From positions 1 to 64,000 of the forward strand of contig JAAPAO010000065.1 of NCBI GenBank assembly GCA_013115145.1: a stretch of DNA of 64,000 bases, written 5' to 3'. This DNA is from Perkinsus chesapeaki ATCC PRA-425. Lineage: Eukaryota > Protista > Perkinsozoa. This document shows, piece after piece, positions 12,701-28,700 of the stretch (positions within the stretch are counted from its first letter, which is position 1; every line of letters starts with the position of its first letter). The position numbers and the translations under genes are program-made. The notes below the pieces were generated by a model that was not told the origin of the DNA, ran no database searches, and saw only the letters and a list, made by a program, of their open reading frames with translations.

Positions 12701-14040
12701 ATTTCTCACACCTCGGCAGAGTCTTTTTTACGAGAGAGTCTTGATCAAGCGGTGTAAGGGCTATCGGTAGAGAGGCTTCCGAGAGTCGGTATATTCCGGC
12801 AGCATTTCAGATGTCACATTGTCAGATTGCAGTCATCATTGGACTATCCAATTTCGATATTGCCCAACGCGGAACATCCTCTATGGCAATAGCCGATAAC
12901 CTGCATGTTGATCTCTGAGAAGCTCGCTCCTTAAACCGTACTAAATTTTGATGGACTGATCTTAATAACGGACCCATTGGAATAAACAGTTAGTTGCCGG
13001 CCTCCCGTTTAATAGCTCTAATAGCCTGCTGTACACACTCAGCTGGGAAAGCCTTCTTCAACCTCTCATACTGGAAACAGCTCTATCGCAGGTACTGGGT
13101 TGTCAATCATAACTTGCGATACATTGAGGCCTGCATGTCGGTGTTGGGTGCACACTGTCCTAGCAGCTAGGACCTAGCCTGGTGAGATATTACGGCGCAG
13201 CCGCCATTCGACTGCGCAGGCCCCGGGCTCGCCTTGATCTTGCCTGCTTCTACCTCTGCGATGATTACATAACAAAGAACATTAAGTTGCTTCATTCTTC
13301 ACTAGGGATTACTAACTGTATACCTGGACAGCATCTCGGCGACACCGAGCGAGTCGGTGGGCTTGTGCTACGCTCTAGCTATTTCATGCGCAGATAAAGA
13401 GGTGCAGAAAGGTACCAAAAATTTTGTCTTCGAAAACCAAGTCCGTGGAGTATTTTAACGATATATCCATGTTAGGAGAGTTCCCATGCCAAATTTCAGG
13501 TTGATATGTGCAGTAGTTAAGAAGTTGAGCCCTCCACACGAAATTGGGTCTTTAGATTGCGCGTACTGTACATTAATAATGCGTAACTGTGTAATAACAA
13601 TGTGACATTATAATACATGTTTACGTGCTAAAGATATGCTACTGTCTAATAATACATAGTACTCATGGTAACGTATTTGCTTCCAAGTCACCACAGCTCA
13701 GAGCGATACTCCTATACCGCCTTGACTCGGCAGACTGGTTCAAGGGGACAGGCTTCTGCTGCACAAGAAGGGGATAATCATAGTAAACAGTACTGACATC
13801 GCGTACAACGTAATTCCATGGTTTATCCCGAGTTCCGTTTTAGAGCTATTGACCGATTCCTCTGCCACTGCCTCCAAGCAACACAAACCGCAATGACATG
13901 ACCAGAAACATGTTAACTCTATCAACAGAATATCATATTGAGAAGTCCTCATTAGGCATGTTGGTCTCCTTTTCTGTAGTGCCAGTATAGAAGCTGATGG
14001 GCTTGTAGAAAGTTGACCTACTGTTCAATAACCCTCCCAT
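9761..14040 (-). CDS. Hypothetical multi-exon protein, apparently interrupted by an intronic TIR element
   Basis: Phase-compatible exons FVSIMDRTYHATEEDLEFAR|RYIKSVDVKYMMEPSMIERWQK…, plus 10834..11022, 10475..10807, 10078..10266 and EKSSMSGRFERRRREKRERMM. Further exon-like pieces lie at ~13690-13880 on the far side of the element. Both ends are uncertain. Confidence 0.35.
11851..13568. mobile_element. Non-autonomous Tc1/mariner-superfamily-like DNA transposon (1718 bp)
   Basis: Inverted repeats of ~169 bp at 11851-12019 and 13400-13568 (CAGTACGCGCAATCTAAAGACCCAATTTCG… / …CGAAATTGGGTCTTTAGATTGCGCGTACTG), roughly 90% identical by eye. They are flanked by TA on both sides (11849-50, 13569-70). 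There is no intact internal ORF. Confidence 0.85.
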
Positions 14041-14387
14041 CTGTCCCTCTTTTACACTACCTCAGCTTCCACATGTTATTATATGGAGTAACCTTCTCTG
14101 TGTTCAGTCTCAATACACCTACACGGTTGACATGTTTTGATTAAATTAGGTTCAAACGAAATACAAAGCCAATTTTACAGATCAACCGGTCCCGAAATGC
14201 ACTGGACACTTAGGCTTCGGAACTATTGATGTTTCTCAGTCAACTTAGCTTCCTATGCTCACATAAAACAGACAGGCTCCCGATGATGATGATGAAATAC
14301 GTCAGTTTTACATTATCAATTTCTAACAATCCCTTCGGCACTTAACCCTTCAATAGCCCATTTCACTTGGACCCTACTAATAGCATC

Positions 14388-14811
14388 TTACTCAAAATGC
14401 GGAAACCAACGGAGCGTTAAATAACCTCTAGGTCACCCCTCCATCTGCCAATTACCAGTGTTATGTCGGCCAATCTCCTCAATAGCTCGCCACGACGCTG
14501 GATGTGCTCCAAATGTCATAGTGAACCACCTAACACACCCTCTAACGTAAAGACCATCCCCACCGCAAGCACCTTCCATAAAAGAACTTCCTTCGGTACC
14601 CCTGCTTTAATAGAAAGTATCTGCCAGACCCCCTCTATGTCCTTCCACAAATGCCGGCCTATTACGGTAAATTCCGCCAGCCAAGATCCTCAAAGCTGAA
14701 CACTGCTCCTCTGTTATTAGTTACTACTCTTGCCATCTCTTTAACCAAACATCGCAGCTCATGATTGGTGACTTCATTATGCACCAGAAAGTAGGTACGG
14801 TAGAATGGCAT
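14388..14811 (-). CDS. MRPS6: Mitochondrial ribosomal protein S6 (bS6m), spliced
   Basis: MPFYRTYFLVHNEVTNHELRCLVKEMARVVTNNRGAVFSFEDLGWRNLP|YFLLKQGYRRKFFYGR|WFTMTFGAHPASWRAIEEIGRHNT fits the bS6 pattern (MPxY start, GxV…LGxRxLPY, aromatic strand, FxAxP). The 3' end is uncertain. Confidence 0.6.
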
Positions 14812-15143
14812 TCGGGGTGTCAAGCGAACTAATTGATCAATACGTAGTAAGCATTACACATGATAGTCAACACTACAGAAGAAGGATAGATGCCGGTTAC
14901 AGGATACTTATTGAAATAATTACACATCTGATGCCAGCTATTAATCAACGGTGCATTTCCATCTTTCCCCACTCCACCACGAACACCACAGTGCTTCACA
15001 AAACTCTCAGCGAGTCCGACTGTTCCTACTCTTCGCAGGCATATTCCAATGCCACCACGAAGACAATGTTGCCTAAATAGCGACATCTGCTCAACCCTCC
15101 TCCATCCGACCCAACACCATTATCCCTTCAGAAACTAATAGCC

Positions 15144-18100
15144 TCATAAAAAGAACTTGAGCCATTTCCTAGTAATGGTTTGCACCCACGCCGGGATGTT
15201 CCTAGCAGTGAGCAGCTCTGATGGAGTTGGCACTGTCGAGGTATATTCCATCATATTATCAACCTAACCCACCACCCATACTACCCACACTGCTAAAATG
15301 CCTTAGTACCTCCTTTTGCAGTTTTCCGCTAAGTGCCGAGCCTTCCCGTGTCCGAAATAAAAAGCTCATCTCCAAGTCTCTATCCATTGCTCTGTAACCA
15401 TAGTTACTACTACCCACCATGCACCCTACTGGCCGACTACCTCCAGCCGGATACCCCCAGATACCCTAAGGAAGATACAATGACACACGGTCCTTTCCGA
15501 AGACCCATATCTTCACATAGTAAACAACATAGTGCGAATAGGTTACCACAGCCTAACAATTACTATATGCTCTTCAGCAACTATTGGCCCCGGCAACCGT
15601 GTTCACAGAACTCCTAAGACTGTACCAGTCACAGATTACTCTAGCAAATAGCGCGACTGCATTGACCAGTTACTACACACCGCGCGGGAACAGCTACAGA
15701 CGGATGGAGAACAAAGGTTAGTCAGAGTAGTCATTTACAATAGAATAGCCTCAATACTTCATAGTTCGTATTTACCCCAATCTAATGTATGTTTCCCACA
15801 TTGTGTATCCCTGCCTTCACCCACCTTTGCATGAAACGTCCAATAAGGCCTTTCATATTCATGTAACGTCCCACGCGTCAAGCGCTTCATCAGATCTACC
15901 TCCATCGTCGTATACCTACGGCGAGACCATGCCGCTGGCTAACATCACAAGCATCTAGTGGATCGCTGTAATACTGGGTGAATGTTGCACGGAAACAACG
16001 ATATATTATTATCTCAGGACAATATTCACTAGTTATCAATGACTAACAGTACATGATCGGAGAAGTTCCCAATGCCGTTGGATGCACACAAAGACTGTCT
16101 CCTGAGACAGTTTCCCTTCCTCCCCCAAGATACTACATGTCCGGTATATACTGACTCATCCCTCCACTCTTATAAAAGCTATTAGCCTTTGGACATGCCA
16201 CAATAACATCTATTGGACGACTAGATAGCATACCTTCGATGCCAGGAGGAGGATTAGCATATCCTAATCAACAGGCAATGAGATTGCATACAAAAGGAGG
16301 AAAGCCATTTCACAGGGCACTTCAATGCAGCATAATATCCAACTATTCACAGTGATCGGTAAAGATACGGAATTCACTTCGAAGTCACTATCCTACTGTA
16401 TGGGGAAATACTGTAGGTGTTTAAGGAGGTCCAACAATCGATGAAGCGGCTCAATCAGGTGGTCGCTTAGCAATATCAATCTGCTACCAACGAGTATTTT
16501 GCCAAGTCCGATTTACTTCAAGCGTACTTCGAACATGCTCTATTCAAAGCTTGAGGAGTGCCCACACTACTACTACCTGACGCCATCACCAATCGGCTGC
16601 CTTCGCCATCCCCTATTATCTCTAATAACCTCCATAGTAGTTCTTGATCAGCATTCATATTGAGGTACCCACATTGCACCCCAACTTGTACTATGCATCT
16701 CTTGGAGCTCTTCGGTTCGGGTACAGAAGAATCTGATATGTGAAAGTAAAGCTACTCAAGGAACAACAACAGTCGAATAACCTCATCGAAGAGAGACCCC
16801 TGTTTCACAGTAATCAACAAGCTTCCCTCTGATCTACTGCAAACGCTCCTCCAAACTATCCGTACATTGGTTTAAAATTTCCCCACCAGCACATCGCCAC
16901 GGTCCACAATTCTTATAGACTCTCCTCGGAGTTTCTAACGGCATTTGTTTCTAGAAGAACTCTCACTGATCTATTCGGGAAGACCCCCCTCCAACAGAAG
17001 CTTTGTCAGTAACGTTCCAATTTTTAGAAATTCTGCCACCGCCCCCTGCCATATTCCCCCAGCACAGCCGTAGCTGCCGCTCCCCTACCTGCAACAAAGT
17101 CCTTAAATTTATCGAAAACCTTCTCAAAGCCATCCCGCAGTTTCTAACATACACAATGCCAATACCCTCCCCTCACTTCAGCACTACCTTCTTGGTATCT
17201 TTAGCTTTCGGCGCATCATGATGTTGACCATGCTGGATATCTCCAATGTCAAGAGATGCTCCGGACACAGCGTCTATAATATCGCTAACGAACTCCGCTA
17301 CGTCGGGGCAGTCCCTCAGAACCAAGCACCTAAACACCCAGTCTTCCCTCCACCTGGGGGCCACGGAAGAACATCGGATGTTCCTGTAAGAATCGAATTT
17401 AGTGTAGTGGCCAATTTTACGTGCATTAGGAACACATCTTTGTAATGCTACGTGAGCCCCTGCCTCCGACCCCCCAACCACATAAGCGTACCTGTCCTGC
17501 CTGTCTCGGAAATAGCTCCCACCAAAGTTGGCACCAGTAAGCAGTACAGTATCATCGGCAACTATAGCCTTCATATGCTGGACGCCAAGCACTTCATTCT
17601 GCCTTTCATGAAGGAATACTCTTCCGGTGCCTTTGTACCTACACAATGCTTGCCGGCTCTCCAGTTTACCGTGGCTACGATGACCTATATCACTGTTGAA
17701 GAACACGCACCGAGCTCTACTGCGAATGTGGTAACACTGCTAGCGATTATGAAGTTCCATAGAAAACGTTATTATGCATCCCGGTGGCATTGACGTCATA
17801 CAGATAGGATATTCAATGTGGATACAAAGCCACAATGCCCCTACTAGTCCGACGCAATGAATCTCCTAAATTGACTATAACAACGTGAAGTCCCCCAACA
17901 GTAATAGTCTCCTAATTCTTACATCGGGCTGCAGAAGAACTTCAACTGTGCTGGATCTCGGACAGGCTCTCCAGTATGATCATGTAGCACTTCCTTCTTA
18001 CACAGCGACACCGAGCTAGCCCCACTCTTATGGTCCTTCCTAGTCCCCCTCAGGTAGTCCATAACCAACGATCGTTCAGGAGCGTTGCACTCCCTCCCCA

Positions 18101-18455
18101 ACGCCCTCAGCATCTGTTTCTCTCGGTCACCAGTACCAACATACAGTGTTATCATTTTACAGCGCGTCCTTGCTCCGCGTATCAAAGTCAATACTTCCTC
18201 GTAGAAGTCCTCTGGTGTGTAGTGGACATCCACCGAGCTGTCGGGTATTTCAAATGAGAATATCTTTGTTGCATCCTTCTCTTCTTTGGCCATTTTACCA
18301 CCACAAACTGGAGCCATCTTTGTCGGGACAGATGGCGCTTTAAGCCTAGCAAAAAATGAAACATCAAATACTACGTCCCTGGAATGACGACATCCACGAG
18401 CTTTAGACAGACCCTTCAGATCAAAAAGAGTGAGCTGTATTGATAAGATTCTCAT
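15144..18455 (-). CDS. PGS1: Phosphatidylglycerophosphate synthase (PLD-type CDP-DAG:G3P phosphatidyltransferase), mitochondrial
   Basis: Motifs in order: TLYVGTG..E, MDYLRGTR, GVQHMKAIVADDTVLLTGANFGGSYFRDRQDR, VACPKANSFY…YIP, EYERPYWTFHAKG, MVGSSNYGYRAMDRDLE, IPAWVQTITRKWLKFFL* (TGA at 15144). The start could be 18455 or 18317. Confidence 0.88.
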
Positions 18456-18695
18456 TTAAGTATTTTAGCTACATGTAGTAGATGCTGTTGAACAAAAATT
18501 GTACAACTTTGGATAATTCCTACGAGATATTATCATCAATTCCATACTACCCCTCTGAAGAATCACTGTATTCACCATAATAACACAACAGTAAATCGTT
18601 TTCGAAACACCGAGCCCGAAGAGCTCAAATTATCCGAAGCTGCGATCTAATCGCATATATTATTAAGGAAGTGTAGAAATGTTATTGAGAAACAT

Positions 18696-19727
<1,032 letters not shown>

Positions 19728-20699
19728 TTAAATCCAATTAGTGGATATGATGATGGTGTATGCAGAGCAGCCAATATAGCCTTAAGCTATAGCTTAGCAA
19801 ATCGCTCATGTCTCATCACACAACGCAAGGTCGATCACCACCTATATGGGACAGTTATTGTGTCCAACCTCGGCTGCAGTCGAGCTGCTGGTTATTATCC
19901 ACCTCTATTGAAGTTCACTAGGGGTAGATTCACTCTGACCCTATTCCATCGAACTGTCCACTTGTCGACTGTATATTATGTAGCGCTATATATAAACCAG
20001 CCTGGCCACCCCATTCAATGGGGGCCATGGCAGACCATCGTACCTGCTGCCTCTGTTCAACCTCAAAGATTCTCTAATATATTATTCCCTCTCCAAATCG
20101 TAATAGGGTACATCTTCGTACACTCTTTATATCCATTTGAGCACACAATGCCTCCAGTGGCAGTCCGTTCCCAGTGTGGGAAGACTTTCGCCTTCATTCG
20201 TGACGAGCTGCTGTGAGGAATCTTTTCGCCTTGAATCACAATTTCAAGTTCCCAGTGCGCTCCTCGTTATTCCACTGATTACCAGCAACTATCTTGTAAT
20301 AAGCACCGATACATCAGGTCAAACTCGACCCGTGCATCCAGCTCTCCGTAAGATTCGCCTTGTGCAACTGGATCCATTGAAGCACCGCAGTCTATTCAGC
20401 ATTGAGCGACCAGTTCTCCACTTTCCGGCCAACGCAGACATTCTCTGCCTCAGTTACACTTCCAATTCTCGCATGAACCGCACTGTAAAGGTTTTGAGTC
20501 TGCGTACGACAGAAAGAGTTTCGATCGTGACGGCGAGCGCAAATTGCATCACTCAACAACGCTAGGCCAGTAAACGTGGGTGAACATCTCAAGTAGCTCC
20601 CCATCTCTCTTTTTATACGCTGTCCCTTCTCGATTGTGCTCTGCGCTAGTTAGGAGGGATGTATTTGATATCCGTATCAGCCTAGTTATTTTTTTGTGA

Positions 20700-23583
20700 A
20701 TGCCAAGCCAGGCCAACCCCTTCCAGAAGTGCTGCAAGCAACTGGACAGCGGCCATGCTTTTTATGATCTCAATGAGCTTCGTAAGTCTTATGATTCGGA
20801 GTAGCCTAACGATATTTACTTGGTTGCTTTTTAGATGATGACCGTGTGAAAAAGCTGCCCTTGTCAATTCGCATTTTGTTGGAATCGGCTGTGCGCAACT
20901 GCGATGAGTTTGAGGTTAAGTCGTCTGATGTGGAGAACATTCTCAATTGGTCGGAGACATCCAAGAACCAGACCGAGATCCCCTTCAAGCCCGCCAGAGT
21001 TATTCTTCAGGACTTCACAGGAGTGCCTGCTGTTGTCGACTTTGCTGCCATGCGTGACGCCATGGCCCGTCTTGGCGGCGATCCCGCGAAGATCAATCCC
21101 CTAGTCCCCGTTGACCTCGTCATTGATCACTCCGTCATGGTTGATTACTCTCGCAGTCCCGAGGCTCTTGAGAAGAATCAAGAGCTCGAGTTCCAGCGCA
21201 ACGGTGAACGTTTTGCCTTCCTTAAATGGGGAGCCGATGCCTTCGACAACTCTAACATCGTTCCGCCTGGCTCTGGTATTGTGCATCAAGTCAACCTTGA
21301 GTATCTTGCCCGAGTGGTTATGAACTCGGACAAGGAAGGTGGTGTCCTCTACCCGGACTCGTTGGTCGGTACCGATTCCCATACCACCATGATTGATGGT
21401 CTCGGTGTTGCCGGTTGGGGTGTCGGTGGTATTGAGGCCGAAGCTGTGATGCTTGGCCAGCCTATCTCCATGGTGCTCCCCGAGGTTGTGGGCTTCAAAC
21501 TAACCGGTCGCCTGCCCGTGACCGCCACCGCTACTGATCTGGTTCTTACCTGTACCAACATGCTAAGGAAACGCGGTGTTGTTGGCAAGTTCGTCGAGTT
21601 CCACGGCCCAGGCTGTGCCACGTTGTCGCTGGCTGATAGAGCGACTATCGCCAACATGGCTCCCGAGTACGGTGGAACTATGGGCTTCTTCGGTGTTGAC
21701 CAGAAGTCTCTGGACTATTTGTTGCAGACTGGCCGCCCCAAGCACGTCGTTGATGTGATCGAGAAGTATCTTCGTGCGAACGGTCTCTTCCAGGACTACT
21801 CTGAGGACCGCGAGTATTCCGGCGAGTTGATGCAGCTGGATCTGTCCACGGTTGTCCCATGTGTTTCCGGACCAAAGAGACCTCATGATCGTGTCGCAGT
21901 CACCGATCTTCCCAAGGACTTCACCGATGGTCTCAGCACCCCGCCAACCTCTTTCAAGGGTTTCGGTATCCCCAAGGAGAAGCAGAGCACTGTTGTGACC
22001 ATCGACTACCACGGGAGTAAGTACGACCTCACCCATGGTTCTGTGGTTCTGGCTGCCATCACTTCTTGCACCAACACCTCCAACCCAGGTGTTATGCTCG
22101 GTGCCGGTATGTTGGCCAGAAATGCCATCAAGAAGGGTCTCAAGGTTGCACCGTACATTAAGACTTCATTGTCCCCCGGCTCTGGTGTAGTCGACTCGTA
22201 TTTAAGGAAGGCCGATTTGTTGACTGATCTCGAGCAGCTTGGCTTCTACACAGCAGGCTTCGGCTGCATGACTTGTATTGGTAACTCTGGTGACTTGGAT
22301 CCTGAGGTCTCCCAGGCCATCACCGACGGCGATCTCGTCGTTGGCGCTGTTCTTTCTGGCAACAGGAACTTCGAGGGACGTGTACATCCGCTCACCAGGG
22401 GTAACTATCTGGCCTCTCCCCCTCTGGTTGTTGCCTACGCCTTGGCCGGTCGAGTGACAATCGACTTCGAGAAGGAGCCTCTCGGCACCGACTCGGATGG
22501 CAAGCCTGTCTTCCTCCGAGACATCTGGCCAACTTCCGATGAGGTCGCGGCTGTTGAGAGGACCTGTGTGTTGCCGGAGATGTTCACTGAGAACTACAAG
22601 AAGGTTTTGCATGCTAACAAGAGATGGAATGACCTTCAAGCCCCTGCTGGAAAGCTGTTCGCTTGGGCCGAGGGATCGACGTACATCACCAACCCTCCAT
22701 TCTTCCAGACGGTAAGCGTGGAGTCGCGTCAAAGCCTTCCATTTTACCCACTTTCAGACCGAGCTCGAACCCGCGCCTATCCAGTCTATTGAGAATGCCT
22801 ATTGCTTGTTGAATGTCGGCGACTCAATCACCACGGATCACATTTCTCCAGCTGGCAAGATCACAGCCAACTCTCCTGGGGTGAGCCTCTTGCTCTCACT
22901 TGTTTTGTATCTCATTATTTATCTTCAGGGTCGCTACTTGATCGAGCACGGTGTACAACCCGCCGACTTCAACTCGTACGGTTCGCGTCGTGGCAACTAT
23001 CTCGTGATGGCCCGCGGTACCTTCGCTAACATCCGGCTCATCAATAAGTTGATGGACGGCGAGGTTGGCCCGAAGACTGAATACGTTCCGACCGGCGAGA
23101 AGATGTTTGTTTACGACGCTGCCGAGAGGTACATGAAGGAAGGTAGCCCGTTGATCATTCTGGCCGGCTCGGAGTATGGCAGCGGCTCCAGTCGAGATTG
23201 GGCCGCCAAGGGCCCAGCTCTGCAAGGTGTTCGGGCTGTTATTGCTAAGAGCTACGAGAGGATTCACAGGTGAGATGACTCCGTGTTCGTGCCTGTTTTT
23301 GTTATACCGTCTATTCAGATCCAACTTGGTTGGTATGGGTATCCTCCCTCTGCAGTTCCCCGAAGGTGTCGATGCTGACAGCTTGGGGCTTGATGGTCGG
23401 GAGCAGTTCTCGATTGATCTCAATCATGGTGACTTGCATGTTGGTCAGAAGATCACGGTCCGATCAACCTCAGCGAAGACTCCTTCATTTGATGTTATCG
23501 TGCGCCTCGATACGGAAGTCGAGCTCACCTACTTCAAGAATGGTGGTATCCTTCAGTACGTCCTCCGCAGGCTGGCTGCGTAA
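20700..23583 (+). CDS. acnA: Aconitate hydratase A (IRP/AcnA type)
   Basis: The first exon MPSQANPF…YDLNEL splices to the 648-aa ORF ([47 protein letters not shown]). The later exons carry [26 protein letters not shown] and [23 protein letters not shown]. No obvious targeting peptide. Confidence 0.97.
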
Positions 23584-23808
23584 GATCGTTCAAGCACTTT
23601 TTCACATGCGGTTGCCGCCTTGTTGGTTAATGGCTGGCATATCCTGTTCGTTCTAGTCATCATCGTGTAGTGCTGCTCTGTGATAAGTGTTCCAAGTAGT
23701 GGGTTCACGTTTCGTGTTTTTTTTGGCTACAAGCCATTCCGGAGTACATTTCAGCTGCTGCTAAGTTTTTCAGTTCATCTACTGGCTGTTGAGATATTTA
23801 ATCGATAA

Positions 23809-25296
<1,488 letters not shown>

Positions 25297-25705
25297 ATTT
25301 TTCCGGTGGGCAAAGTTGGCTGGTCGATAAGTGTCGACGAAGTTGGGGACGTAGTCATGAGTTTTTGATTCTTATTTCAAATAATGCAATAGTCAATGTG
25401 TTAATGTAATTGTTAATTGCTCATCAAAAGGCGAGTGGGATAACGAAAGTGTAGACACGCCGCGAGTTGATTATCTCTGTAACACAGGCCCTGTATATAG
25501 GCACTTGGTGACTGGCATGTTCGTAAAAGTGTGATCAGATTGTCCTCATTACTCCCCAAATTTTGGTGTTCACTTCCATGGACCGTCTTCCATCGTTTAC
25601 TGTAACACAACAGATGAGTTAAGTAGTGAACATCATATATCGAACTCATGGCATCAATGACATCGATAACAACAGTCGTCGTCGTAAAGAAGAGCAAAAG
25701 CATGA

Positions 25706-28700
25706 CTATTGAGCAATCTTAATCTGTTTTAGACTTCGGATGATGGCGTCAAAACCAGGCCTACATAAGGAACCTATGCGGCCGCCGCCACAGCGGCAGC
25801 AGCAGCAAAACTCACCGATCCGCAGGTTTAGCTGTCCAACATCTTTCCATTAATGCAATAAGTGGAGCAGGACAGCCACGAGGCGCCTGTATTATGAAAC
25901 GAATATCTACTATGATATTGTCGGCTCGCCTACTCGTGAGGTGTCGGGCCTTTGACCTTTGCTAACGGCCATAGCAATTTGCAGTGGCTGGAGTCCTGAA
26001 GGACGCAGAGCTCCGATTGGTAAGCTATTCACAGCCGCCTCACCGGTGTCCTCGAACGGAATCAATCGGCATAGAATCTCGTACATAACAATAGCATAGC
26101 TGTAGCTGTCAACCTTCTCATCGTACTTCTCACCATTCAACACCTCCGGGGCCATCCAGTGGTATCTGAAACGGTCAGCTCTCAGCCGAAGTGTCAGAGT
26201 AGAGCCTACGTTCCAGCGTTGGCTGTCATGTTCTGTGTTGCAGAAGCCTTCAGTTTAGAAAGGCCGAAGTCGGCAACCTGTTAAGAATCGCCTCTTCCTA
26301 GCATCAGCCGTGGCTCTCCTCACCTTCACAATCGGAGTGTCGAACTCATCCTCAACTCTCTCAACCAACAGCAGGTTCAGGGACTTGAGATCTCTGTGGA
26401 TCTGTGAGAGAGCAGCAGCAGCAGCCCTCATTCATGTGAGCATCAGCATCACCAGCTCTCTTACAATTGGTGGGTCACAGGTGTGGAGGTAGTTCATTCC
26501 CTTGGCGATGTCTAACAGCATCTTCATCCGTTGTCGCCAGGAGATGTCAACCTGCCAACAATCAACAGTCTCCCGGCAACACGAGCGCATCGTCATCTAC
26601 ATCCCTCTTGTTGTGGGCCAAGTCGAAGATAGTTCCACCTTCACAGAACTCGCAGACCATCATCAATGGAGCCGTCTTAGTGGCAGCTCCCATGAAAAGG
26701 ACCAGGTTGGGATGGCGACACTGGCAGCAACCAGTGGGTGCCAGCATCACACTCCCCGAGCTGCTGCTCACCTTAGCCATGATCATCAACTCCCTGTGGA
26801 AGGCAGCCTCAGTCGACTCAAACGCCCTGGGATCCCAGTTAATCTTTTTAATAGCAACATCCGTGCCTATGCCAAAGTCTTCATCCGCTCATTCTTATAA
26901 CTCACCTCTCCAACTTCCACGGTAGACATCAGCGGTGATGCCACTGCCGACTTTCTCCTCCATAACAAGCGTTGCTGGATCCACTTCCCAGCTCTGCCAC
27001 TCATCCGATGACTCTGAGATATAACAAATCCCTTCACTGATACCAAGCCTAGGTACCCTTACTTAGGTCAGCCGAGGACGCTGCTGGTGCCGCCGGTGCG
27101 GCTGGAGTGTCTAAGATCAGGCTTCAACCTTCGCCTATCCGTCATGGCTTACCTTTGGCTGCTTCTCCAGCAGCAACCTCCTTTGTTTTCTCCTTCAGCA
27201 TGGTTTTGATGTTCTCATTGGCTGCATACTCTACTGCTAGTCTACCGCTGTTGTCCGGCTGCAATACCAGAGCACCCGCCTTCTTCCCCACATACTCGAG
27301 GATCTGAGATCGATACCAAGTCAGGTCCTCACGAGTCCAACGACGTGGCGCCGCCACGGTGATGCGGATGGAGACAAGCCACGAAACTCACCAAACGCAT
27401 AGGCTCCTCATTCTCCCACTCGGCAGCCACATGGATGACAGTTCGTCCGAACCTAAAATAGTCTAATAACCTAACAATCCTCATCACCGCTCATACTTAT
27501 TAGGTTTGGCAGGATCAGCGCCCTTGTCGAGCAGATAGCGAACCATGTCAAGGTGGTTCATGAAGGTAGCATGGTGAAGTGCCGTCCAGCCATCCTAGGA
27601 AAGGAGGCTCTGCTGCTGCTGTCGCTGAACTAGAGCAGTTAGACATACTTTATCAACTGATGCGTTAATGTCGAGTTTGGGTTGGCTTTTGTCTGCAGGG
27701 TCGATGAGATTGCTAGCCGACTCGATGCTGCCCGATTGTGCCGCCTTCAACAGCATTTTGGCGAGATCAATGTTACCTGAGAAGGCTATGACAAAGAAAC
27801 TATGAACACATAGTTCGAGCGGCTTTGGCGCAGTAGGTAGCGCGTAGGTCTCATAATCCTAAGGTCGCGAGTTCGATCCTCGCAGGCCGCATTTTCAACA
27901 GTTCCTCCCGCTTACCTTGCGTAGCCACCTGTGGGGCTTGAGCTGCCTGGCCGCCGCCTGAGACAAGAAAGTAATTCGCTCTTCCAGCATAGAGAGTGTC
28001 ATACCCGGGTTTGGTTGATTGGAAAACTTGACCATATATTTCATCAAAGACTTGCGAGTCTCGGGAGTAGCGTACCTGTTACACCACCATTTAGAACACA
28101 CAGAAGTTAAGCAAAGATTAATAGATAGAAGCTGCAAAAGCCGCGGAACCTACTCCATAGGCGTCCGGCCGAGCTCATCAGCGATGGTCATTGCATTTGG
28201 GCCACCCGCTTCAAGCAAGATCTCGAGCACCTCAAGATTCTCCCATTCAGCCGAGATATGTACCTAGAACGTCGCATTTTGTGACTGGAGCCGATATGCT
28301 GTTCCAAATACGACGAGATGTGTTTCTAATAATCTCAAAAGAATTGCCTGCTGCTGCATTTACCCCTTCCTGTGAACGGAGCAAAGCTATATGCTTTTCC
28401 GCTTCTCGTGTACCGAATCGGCCCCTCACTACCGGAGTCCTGCCATGCTTGTTTTGTTTATGGACATCCCCACCTATCTTCAACAGAGCCTGTATCGCCT
28501 AGGAAAAAGGCATGGCACCGGAAGCTGACGCCGTCCCTTGTATATACATCTATTTGATTGACAAATGCCGCATGGTGAAGTGGCGTCCACCCATCCTTAT
28601 CCTTCTCATTAACATCAATACCATATTGATATATCTGATAAATCCTCTTCCTATTACTCCCCACCATGGACTATTCTACCAATGGTATCAATTCATCCCG

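Noticed and set aside
12206-13397. Short ORFs inside the TIR element as a transposase
   Set aside because: All are under 80 aa, with no recognisable HTH or DDE/D motif.
14829-15143. ORF 14829..15086 as the MRPS6 start, implying only 57 nt between PGS1 and MRPS6 (operon-like)
   Set aside because: I could not splice it in frame with good sites, and bS6m proteins normally begin at the MPxY motif (ATG 14811). The spacer is probably ~330 nt.
23718-23740. TTTTGGCTACAAG upstream of intronless SAHH (and CTTGGCTC upstream of ALAS) as relict spliced leaders
   Set aside because: These are only short, gapped matches to the SL 3' end (…CCATCTTGGCTCAAG) and are expected by chance. I saw no full SL or SL-RNA gene.
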